From: Candidatus Eiseniibacteriota bacterium
GTDB taxonomy: Bacteria > Eisenbacteria > RBG-16-71-46 > DASYSL01
Assembly: GCA_031431875.1 (NCBI GenBank)
Contig: JANPEF010000015.1
Coordinates: 1-14,631, forward strand
DNA length: 14,631 nt
Direction of reading: 5' to 3'
Made by a program: the position numbers and the translations under genes. Below the pieces are notes generated by a model. It was not told the DNA's origin, searched no databases, and saw nothing but the letters and a program-made list of their open reading frames with translations. This document shows positions 8,901 through 14,631 of this stretch, piece by piece. How positions within the stretch are numbered: position 1 is the stretch's first letter; the number at the start of each line of letters is the position of its first letter.

Positions 8901-9705
8901 TGGACAGGCTCACGAGGCGCACCTGCACGGAGCGCACCTGCGTGTCGGTGACCGGGATCGAGAAGAACCCGTTGCCGTCGGTTGCCCCCGCGGCGAGCAG
9001 CACGCTCGTCGTCGCGTCGAGCACCTGGACATCGGCGTACCTTGCGGGACGATCGGGTTCCGCGCCGGTGAACCCCGCCAGGTCCTGCTCCCGATCGCGA
9101 TAGAGGAAGCGCCCGCTCGCGGTCCACGTGGCAGCGAGGCGGGAGGTGGGCGGGCTCGAGGCGGGCCCGACACGGGGCGGATCGAGCGCCGTGCCGTCGA
9201 ACGCGCCGAGCGATCCGCCGCGGCCGTCGGGGACGAGGCGCGCCACGGGCTCGGGCACGGACGACGCGCCGGCGAGCCACGAGAACGATTCGCCGCGCGT
9301 CCAGGTGCGACCGCCGGCGACGTCGAGCTCGGCGAACAGCGCAACGTGGTGGCGCCGGTGCGGGGCACCGCGCAGCGTGCCGGTGACGCGCTGCACGGAT
9401 CCCGCCACGGGGTCGGCGAACGAGGTCAGCGTGTCGAGGTCATCGAGCTGCACGCCGCGCGGCAGGCGCACGCGCAGGCGCAGACGCTCGCCCGGGACGA
9501 GCGGCTCGACCTCGACCTCGAAGCGCATCGGACGTCCAGGAGAGGGGGCATCGAGGAGGCGCACGCGGACGTCGAGCGGGGACTGCGGCGGGGTCGCGCC
9601 GAGCGGGACGGCGCCGGGTCCCCAGCCCAGGGCCGATGCGACCGCGAGCGCAGCGGCGAAGGCACGCAAGGGCGAGGCAGGGGCGGTGAGCCGGCGTCGG
9701 TGCAT
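5956..9705 (-). CDS. Large secreted multidomain protein (1249 aa): HExxH metallopeptidase-like domain, PPC-like domain, FG-GAP/VCBS propeller, ASPIC/UnbV domain, FlgD-Ig-like C-terminal domain
   Basis: AGGAG SD before ATG 9705 and a signal peptide. HEQGH (8548-8562) followed by SEGWA (8446-8460). DAFEPDD...YVVET...SRVEF...GPYY PPC-like block. Seven W.D.D.DG..DL(Y/F)V repeats. ASPIC motifs NRDGFGA.V.V, GFGSQ, FGLG, WPSG. Tail FDVAGRRVRTL...FDGR...GVY. Confidence 0.9.
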   Translation of the reverse strand: MHRRRLTAPASPLRAFAAALAVASALGWGPGAVPLGATPPQSPLDVRVRLLDAPSPGRPMRFEVEVEPLVPGERLRLRVRLPRGVQLDDLDTLTSFADPVAGSVQRVTGTLRGAPHRRHHVALFAELDVAGGRTWTRGESFSWLAGASSVPEPVARLVPDGRGGSLGAFDGTALDPPRVGPASSPPTSRLAATWTASGRFLYRDREQDLAGFTGAEPDRPARYADVQVLDATTSVLLAAGATDGNGFFSIPVTDTQVRSVQVRLVSLSSGTAGLLLDLRNNATQRLPYSVSGALVAAHDPSVNVDFGTTTALPGAGGEAFNGFDVLLDGCDFYAQLQGGSRPPIRLTAYWQANSVDGTYFEPGTNSIHLRGGEGYDDTVIGHEQGHFIARNWSNDDSPGGTHYIGDNFQDLRLAWSEGWATFFAAATRRALGRTPLAAAYIDTQGGPGPGNLNFSFEIEGPSVPALGAASEVAVSGTLWDILDDAATADLTPGVDDDALARPAAEPWDVVENVLPAPTVSNVSLEDFWDGWFKPGSSKGFSAEMAAAFSALSIRYVADAFEPDDAIAQAPVIATTGAPQERTFYGFGDTDHARFDTIPAQTYVVETTDLLSDGNTHLTVLGPDQSTIIATSDDRTAVDASSRVEFLATDAGPYYARLVHAADLGVYGTYALRVLRTGGTTAAFTEVGVAAGVALTGNSRGCAWGDVDADGDPDLFVTALGGTTACYRNNGTTFTNRAAAWGLAIAGDTQGAAWCDYDKDGDLDLFVSAIGTGRLLQNRRADSGDSVFVDVTAASGLLRTAEGRSCAWADANRDGVADLYLTDAAGQAALFTGDGDGTFTDVTAATGTGFAGTSLSAAWCDYDRDGDDDLYVTGFDGASRLYKNLLRDSGALVFADATSAAGVSAGTSGFAAEWADFDGDGRTDLYVTGAGGPNWLYRNLGDGSFADVTGLRNAASAYYSTVGTFADVDNDADLDLFVGNLAQSGLVGENRLSLNTGGQFSAIAPLGVSATTRAAAWADYDRDGDLDLYVTVGNGQANQLWRNEETNQHRLEIALLGRASNRDGFGAAVRVRTGPRVQHRVVTGGAGFGSQSSVPVEFGLGNGTVADSVVVDWPSGKRSVLTAVPIGVHLVDEQSAVASDDSQRGSVAHGGLVLAAPAPQPAPAGMARLAFTVPSLPGDATTAVRLALFDVAGRRVRTLVDGPLAPGPHGLAFDGRGEGGARLTPGVYVLALDAAGARRTRKLVVLAGAP
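6619..7599 (-). repeat. Seven FG-GAP/VCBS-like Ca-binding repeats (probable seven-bladed beta-propeller)
   Basis: WGDVDADGDPDLFV, WCDYDKDGDLDLFV, WADANRDGVADLYL, WCDYDRDGDDDLYV, WADFDGDGRTDLYV, FADVDNDADLDLFV, WADYDRDGDLDLYV. Confidence 0.92.
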
Positions 9706-9744
9706 GGAGTCTCCTGGAGGAATGGTCATTCGCGGGCGGAGAGA

Positions 9745-9750
9745 AGTATA
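9745..9750 (-). promoter_or_regulatory. Candidate sigma70 -10 element (TATACT) for the large secreted protein gene
   Basis: TATACT on the minus strand about 40 nt upstream of ATG 9705, conspicuous in GC-rich DNA. No good -35 element. Confidence 0.45.
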
Positions 9751-9880
9751 CCGTGCCCGCTGTCCCGCCGAGGGCGGCACCCGCAGGGAGTGTCCCCGCG
9801 GGTACAGATCGCCCCATTCAGGCCGCGAGGCCCACCGCGCAGATGCCGCGCATCCATTCGAATCCATCACAGGTCAACGA

Positions 9881-9912
9881 TGCAATGTGCTGTTGCACAG
9901 TCGTTTGCTGTG
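9881..9912. promoter_or_regulatory. Overlapping palindromes: candidate IHF and/or enhancer-binding-protein site
   Basis: TGCAA-N7-TTGCA (9881-9897), CAA-N4-CTG-N5-CAG-N4-TTG (9883-9907; CAR-N4-TTR core on both strands) and CACAG-N7-CTGTG (9896-9912), in a locally AT-richer patch upstream of the sigma54 motif. Confidence 0.45.
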
Positions 9913-9953
9913 GCCGAGTGCCTGGCCGTCCCGGGCTCGCCCGCAACCCCGGC

Positions 9954-9969
9954 TGGCACGCTGCGTGCA
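9954..9969 (+). promoter_or_regulatory. Sigma54 (RpoN) -24/-12 promoter
   Basis: TGGCACG-CTGC-GTGCA versus consensus TGGCACG-N4-TTGCW (one mismatch). Exact GG-N10-GC spacing (9955-56, 9967-68), intergenic, 65 nt upstream of ATG 10034. Confidence 0.8.
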
Positions 9970-10033
9970 ACTGATCCGGGTGTGGGTTTCGGCCAACCGG
10001 TCGGCGGCCCGGCACGGGAGGAGGTCCTCGGTC

Positions 10034-10882
10034 ATGAGTCTGGCGCGGTTTCGGGGGTTTGTTCGGGCAGGCGCACTGGCGCTCGTTCTCGCTGTGGCGA
10101 GCGCGGCGACGCCGGCCGGTGCCCAGACCCTGGCCGATGCGCAGCGCGCGATCGACGTCACCCAGTCGGTCATCGACCGCGCGAGCACGACCGTGTCCTG
10201 TTCCCCCGGCGACCTGCGGCTGCCGTGCACGTACCTCGCGCAAGCGATCACCCTGCAGCAGTCGGCACGCTCCTCGGCGGGGAGCGGCTTCTACCGTGAC
10301 GCAATCGGGCTCGCCCTGCGCGCCCGCGACCGGGCGTACTCGGCGCTGCGTACGGGACAGGACGCGACCGGCGGCGAGTTCGTGCGGCTGTCGATCGAGC
10401 GGACCGATGCGCTGATCGGTCGCGTCGCGCTGGTCGTGCGGACCGCGGAGTCGGAGCGCTCGCGGCGCCAGCTCGATCTCGCGGTCGAGTTGCAGGCAAA
10501 GGCGAAGTCGATGGCGCAAGACGGCCGCCCGCGGGCCGCACTGACGGCGACATCGCAGGCGCGCGAGCGGGCGTTCCGCGCGCTGCGCCTCACCGACGGG
10601 GCCACGCCGGGTGCGCCCGATCGTGCGCGCGCCGCACTCGAGCGCACCGACGACCTGCTGCGCGCCTCGGCCGGGATGGCCGACGTGCCGACCGCGCAGC
10701 CCGCGTTCGCCAGGGCGCGGCAGCTCCAGGAGCGGGGTTGGAATCGCCTCCGCGCCGGCGACGCCGCACGGGCACTCGAGCTCACGCTCGCCGCGCGCGA
10801 CGAGCTGGGCCGCGCGCTCGATCGCGCCGATCGAGCTCCGTCCGGCGCGAGAGCGCCGGACAGTCCGCCCTCCGGGCGCTGA
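10034..10882 (+). CDS. Secreted/periplasmic alpha-helical protein with three ~75-80-aa repeats (282 aa), function unknown
   Basis: GGAGGAGG SD before ATG 10034. Signal peptide ends AGA|Q. Three repeats share (I/L)(D/E).T...(I/L), A..LQ, G....A(I/L) and AR.....AL. Confidence 0.85.
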   Translation: MSLARFRGFVRAGALALVLAVASAATPAGAQTLADAQRAIDVTQSVIDRASTTVSCSPGDLRLPCTYLAQAITLQQSARSSAGSGFYRDAIGLALRARDRAYSALRTGQDATGGEFVRLSIERTDALIGRVALVVRTAESERSRRQLDLAVELQAKAKSMAQDGRPRAALTATSQARERAFRALRLTDGATPGAPDRARAALERTDDLLRASAGMADVPTAQPAFARARQLQERGWNRLRAGDAARALELTLAARDELGRALDRADRAPSGARAPDSPPSGR

Positions 10883-10978
10883 GCGCATTCGGGGGCCGCG
10901 CTGCTCGCTTCCTTCCTGTTCGCTGCCTGCCCGAAGGCCCGTCGGGCCGCGATCGCCTGTGCGATCGCGGCCTTCGTC

Positions 10979-12307
10979 GTGCTCGTCGCGATGACTCCGC
11001 AGCGCGCGTCGGCGCAGCTCGGGGCGCTTGCCGGCACGCCCGCCGCGGCCGACAGCACGCGCCTCTTCATCGACGTGGGCGTCGGCGGCGACGTCTCGAA
11101 CTTCATCTTCTTCGAGCAGTCCTTCGACAGCACCGCCTTCGACCAACGCACGACGGTGAGCGATCCCGAGACGCGCGTCGGCGGCCTCGGGATCGTGCGC
11201 GTGGTCGGCGCGCACGGGCGCCTGGCGTGGCAGGTGGCCGACGAGCTGCGCGCCGGCAACACGCTGCTGCGCAACTTCACCACCGCCGGTGTTGCGTTCC
11301 GGACCGGGGCGACCAGCACCGCGTCACTCGACCTCGAGGCCGACCTCCGCCGCGACACGTCGTTCGGACTGCGTCGCTCGGACGCGCGGCTGGGCGCCCT
11401 CGCAGCCGGACGCTGGTTCACGCGCGATCGCGCGTGGTCGTCGCGCCTGTTCGCTCGCGCCGAGCGCGTGCGTGGCGACGAGGCGAGCGAGGCGTTGTTC
11501 CCCGACTTCGACTGGCGCCAGGCGGGGCTCGACCTCGACCACCTGTGGAACGCGGGCACGGCGACCGTCAACTACGCCTACGGGACGCGCGCATTTCCCG
11601 ACACGGCTGCCCGCGATTACCGCGAGCACGATCTGGGCGTGAGCGGGCTGTGGCGGGCGACCGATCAGCTGGGCTTCGACGCCTGGGGCTCCGCCGCGCG
11701 ACGCCTCGCGTACCGCGACTCGGCGGTGGGCGACCGACTGTGGCAGGGCGACCTCGAAGCGCGGGCGACGTGGCGCGCCGGCTCGACGCTCGAGCTGGGC
11801 CTGCGCTCCCGCCTGCGCGGCGTCACCTACGACCAGCCCACGCCGACGTTCTTCAACGGCCGTTTCTATCGCTACGCGCTGTTCGTGCGCAGGGCGGGGA
11901 TCGAGAACACGGTCGAGCTCCGGCCCGAGATCGAGTTCGCGCGCACGCCCGAATTCGGCGGGTTGCCGCCGGGGGCATCGGACGAAGACCGGCAAGCCGT
12001 GGCCGGCGAGGAGTATGACGAGCTGGCGATCCGGATCGAGGTCGAGCGCTTCGTCGCGGCCGGTTGGTGGGCGCTCACGCCCGGCGTGGGGCGCCGCAAC
12101 TATCTGGACGCGGCGACCTCGGCCGAGGACCTCTCGGCGCGGTCCGACTTCTGGTACGTGGAGCTGGCCGGCTTCGCCGACCGGAAACTCGGGCGCCGCC
12201 TCACGGCACGCGCCACGGCCGACCTGCGCTGGGAGGAGCACACCGTGCCCTCCGACGACGCCCGGAGCCTCACCGTCGCGGCGGAACTTCGGGTCCCGCT
12301 GCGTTAG
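10979..12307 (+). CDS. Putative outer-membrane beta-barrel protein; true start probably upstream of 10979
   Basis: Long ORF with G/C third-position bias. Many alternating amphipathic strands rich in W/Y/F/G/R (QAGLDLDHLW, TATVNYAYG, DLGVSGLW, LELGLRSRL, final LTVAAELRVPL). A signal-peptide-like stretch KARRAAIACAIAAFVVLVAMTPQRASA|Q begins in frame upstream of the first GTG. Confidence 0.65.
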   Translation: MLVAMTPQRASAQLGALAGTPAAADSTRLFIDVGVGGDVSNFIFFEQSFDSTAFDQRTTVSDPETRVGGLGIVRVVGAHGRLAWQVADELRAGNTLLRNFTTAGVAFRTGATSTASLDLEADLRRDTSFGLRRSDARLGALAAGRWFTRDRAWSSRLFARAERVRGDEASEALFPDFDWRQAGLDLDHLWNAGTATVNYAYGTRAFPDTAARDYREHDLGVSGLWRATDQLGFDAWGSAARRLAYRDSAVGDRLWQGDLEARATWRAGSTLELGLRSRLRGVTYDQPTPTFFNGRFYRYALFVRRAGIENTVELRPEIEFARTPEFGGLPPGASDEDRQAVAGEEYDELAIRIEVERFVAAGWWALTPGVGRRNYLDAATSAEDLSARSDFWYVELAGFADRKLGRRLTARATADLRWEEHTVPSDDARSLTVAAELRVPLR

Positions 12308-12365
12308 TATGGCCCCGGGGCCGGGTCCCACGAGGGGATCCCGGAGTCGTCGTCCTGGAGGGCTC

Positions 12366-14129
12366 ATGTCGGTGCGGAAGGGTTGGATCCTCGCGGTTCT
12401 CGTCATCTTCGTCATGGCCGGCCTGGGGCTGGTCGGGTTGGGCCTCGTCTTCTCGGAGAAGAAGCTGCGCATCGAGCCGGCGACCACGCTGGTGCTCGAC
12501 TTCGCCGACACGGTGAACGAGGACATGCCCACCGGCGGCAACAGCCGCTTCTTCTACCGCGACACGCCGACGCTCTGGGACTACCTCCACGCGCTCGATC
12601 GCGCGGCCGACGATCCGCACATCGAGGCGGTGCTGCTGCGCATCGACGGCGTCGACCTGGGCTGGGCCAAGGCCGAGGAGCTGCGCATCAAGCTGGCCGA
12701 GCTGCAGGAGCGGGGCACGCCGGTGATCGCCTACCTCGAGAGCGGCGGCGACCTCGAGTACGCGCTGGCCAGCGCGGCCGGCGTGATCTACATGGCGCCG
12801 AACACCGAACTGAATCTCGACGGGCTCGCCTCGTACGAGACCTTCTTCAAGGGATCGCTCGACAAGCTCGGCGTGACGGCCGACTTCGAGCACATCGGCG
12901 AGTACAAGAGCGCGGGCGAGCCGTTCACGCGCACGTCGATGTCCGACGCGGCGCGCGAGGCGGCGGAGTCGCTGCTCGACGAGACGTGGGGCGACCTGAT
13001 CGCTGCGATCGGCGAGTCGCGCGACCTCGACAGCGCGTCGGTCGCCGGGCTGATCGATCGCGGCCCGTTCAACTCGGTGCAGGCGCGAGCCGCGGGCCTG
13101 GTCGACAGCCTGCTCTATCCCGACGAGCTCGAGGACCTCCTGCCCGGCGGCGCCGGTGGCACGCAGGTCCTGCTCGAGGAGTATCTCGACGTGCTCGGGG
13201 CCGAACTGCCGGTCCATGTCGGCCCGCGCATCGCGGTTGTCCATGCAACGGGCACGATCGTCATGGGGGAGAGCGGCACCGACCCCGTGTGGGGACGCAC
13301 CGTCGGCACCGAGACGTTCCTCGACGCGCTCGACGAGGCCCGTGACGAGCCCGGCGTGCGCGCGATCGTGGTGCGCATCGACAGCCCGGGCGGCGAGGTC
13401 TACGCCTCGCACCTGATGTGGCGCGGCGTGCGCGAGGCGGCGCGCGATCTGCCGGTCGTCGCCTCGTTCTCGGACCTCGCGGCCTCGGGCGGCTACTACC
13501 TGGCGATGGGGGCGGACACGATCCTCGCCGACCGCGCGACGCTCACCGGGTCGATCGGCGTGATCGGCGGCAAGTTCGACCTGAGCGGGCTGTACGACAA
13601 GCTCGGTGTCTCCGTCGACGTGCAGAGCCGTGGCGCCAACGCGCAGTTCCAGTCGTCCCTGCGCGGGTTCACTCCCGCCGAGCGCGAGCGCTACCGCACC
13701 GACATGTTCGAGGAGTACAAGACGTTCGTCGGCATCGTGGCCGAGAATCGCGGCGCCTCGGTCGACTCGATCGACCACCTTTCCCGCGGCCGTGTGTGGA
13801 CCGGTGGCCAGGCCGAGGAGCGCGGGCTCATCGACGAGGTTGGCGGGCTGGAGCGCGCGGTCGAGGTCGCGCGCACGATGGCCGGCATCGCGCCCGACGC
13901 CGACGTGCAGGTCGAGATCTACCCGCGCATCAAGCGCACGCTGCTGCAGCAGGTGGTCAACAAGGCGCTGGCCGAGGAGGACCTGGCCGAGATGGAGGGC
14001 ACGGTCCGGGCGGCGGTGCCGTGGACCTCGCGACTGCTGCGGCGCGAACTGTCGCTCGCCGGCGGGCTGACGCGACTGGCGGGCGGGAAGCGCCTCGCGC
14101 TCCTGCCGTTCACCATCGAGATCCGTTAG
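12366..14129 (+). CDS. sppA: Signal peptide peptidase SppA (protease IV, S49), long two-domain form (587 aa)
   Basis: GGAGG SD before ATG 12366 and N-terminal TM helix. GEYKSAGEPF (catalytic Lys), RIDSPGG, AASGGYYLA (catalytic Ser), TLTGSIGVIG, GRVWTG.QA...GLIDEVGG. Confidence 0.96.
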   Translation: MSVRKGWILAVLVIFVMAGLGLVGLGLVFSEKKLRIEPATTLVLDFADTVNEDMPTGGNSRFFYRDTPTLWDYLHALDRAADDPHIEAVLLRIDGVDLGWAKAEELRIKLAELQERGTPVIAYLESGGDLEYALASAAGVIYMAPNTELNLDGLASYETFFKGSLDKLGVTADFEHIGEYKSAGEPFTRTSMSDAAREAAESLLDETWGDLIAAIGESRDLDSASVAGLIDRGPFNSVQARAAGLVDSLLYPDELEDLLPGGAGGTQVLLEEYLDVLGAELPVHVGPRIAVVHATGTIVMGESGTDPVWGRTVGTETFLDALDEARDEPGVRAIVVRIDSPGGEVYASHLMWRGVREAARDLPVVASFSDLAASGGYYLAMGADTILADRATLTGSIGVIGGKFDLSGLYDKLGVSVDVQSRGANAQFQSSLRGFTPAERERYRTDMFEEYKTFVGIVAENRGASVDSIDHLSRGRVWTGGQAEERGLIDEVGGLERAVEVARTMAGIAPDADVQVEIYPRIKRTLLQQVVNKALAEEDLAEMEGTVRAAVPWTSRLLRRELSLAGGLTRLAGGKRLALLPFTIEIR

Positions 14130-14145
14130 TCGACGGGATTCGGCG

Positions 14146-14631
14146 TCAGTCGATGCGCAGCAGGCGGGCGACGCGACGTTCGCCCGCGACATCGAGGATC
14201 GCGAAATAGAGTCCGGCCGGCGCCCGTCGGCCGGACTCGTCGTGACCGTCCCATTGCACGCGGGCGGAGCCCGCGGAGAGCGATCCAACGGCGAGTCGCT
14301 GCACGCGTCGTCCCCTCGCATCCACGATGCGGATCTCCACGTCGCCCGCTCGCGGCATTTCGAGCGAGAGGCTGGCTTCTCCGCGGAACGGATTGGCCCC
14401 GGCGACGCGGAAAGAGATCCCCACGGCGTCGCCTGTCGGCGACGGAGCTGCAACGACGGCGCCCTTTTCGATCACGAAGCGATCGCGCACCCCACCCGCG
14501 TCGTCGAGGAAGAAGGCGGCCAGGCGCGGGCCGTCGATCTCGACGACCAGCGACCCGAGCGCGTTGATCGAGGTCACCATCGCGGGGTGGTTGAGCGCTC
14601 CGCCCGAGACCTGCGCCGAACTTCCGGCGAC
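14146..14631 (-). CDS. 3' end of a secreted protein, probably a metallophosphoesterase (purple acid phosphatase-like), with FlgD-Ig-like C-terminal domain; start lies beyond the window
   Basis: Frame is open to the window edge: VAGSSAQVSGGALNHPAMVTSINALGSLVVEIDG...FLD..G.VRDRFVIEK resembles the end of bacterial PAP-like domains. Tail NPF...IVDARGRRV..L...WDGHDESGR....GLYF. Catalytic motifs are not in view. Confidence 0.72.
   Translation of the reverse strand, partial: VAGSSAQVSGGALNHPAMVTSINALGSLVVEIDGPRLAAFFLDDAGGVRDRFVIEKGAVVAAPSPTGDAVGISFRVAGANPFRGEASLSLEMPRAGDVEIRIVDARGRRVQRLAVGSLSAGSARVQWDGHDESGRRAPAGLYFAILDVAGERRVARLLRID

Noticed and set aside
9690..9705. Twin-arginine (Tat) signal in MHRRRL (and GRRFH in the VOC lipoprotein)
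   Set aside because: Neither fits the (S/T)RRxFLK consensus, and Arg-rich n-regions are expected at this GC content.
6082..10299. 1405-aa plus-strand ORF (and overlapping 7046..9280 minus-strand ORF)
   Set aside because: Antisense or off-frame shadows of the FG-GAP gene, with R/G/V/A-biased composition and no domain motifs.
10880..10882. Selenocysteine recoding of the in-frame TGA
   Set aside because: The strong hairpin starts more than 60 nt downstream rather than immediately 3' of the TGA, and the context is a Pro/Ser linker with no redox motif.
12270..14453. 727-aa antisense ORF
   Set aside because: Shadow of sppA, whose sense frame has all the catalytic motifs.

Overview
Very GC-rich bacterial chromosomal window. 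It opens with the 3' end of an rRNA operon (23S, 5S, terminator). The rest is almost entirely cell-envelope or secreted protein genes: a DUF4394-type secreted protein ending in a short TTWGRVKGVYR tail; a minus-strand operon (tandem-VOC lipoprotein, 52-aa lipoprotein, MOSC/YiiM protein); a secreted double retropepsin-like aspartyl protease with PDZ; a large secreted HExxH metallopeptidase-like/PPC/FG-GAP/ASPIC protein with a FlgD-Ig-like C-terminal domain; a sigma54-promoter-led operon (three-repeat helical secreted protein, putative outer-membrane beta-barrel, SppA); and the 3' end of a probable metallophosphoesterase with a FlgD-Ig-like C-terminal domain. The C-terminal tags suggest a diderm FCB-related candidate phylum such as Ca. 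Eisenbacteria (inference only). No mobile element, CRISPR array or convincing tRNA was seen. Best candidates for undescribed systems: the TWGxxKxxYR C-terminal tag as a sorting signal alongside FlgD/T9SS-like tails; the sigma54 helical-repeat/barrel/SppA operon, whose barrel signal peptide has no canonical start codon and overlaps a perfect 12-bp hairpin; and the VOC lipoprotein plus micro-lipoprotein pair. Family calls come from motif recognition by eye; no searches were run.
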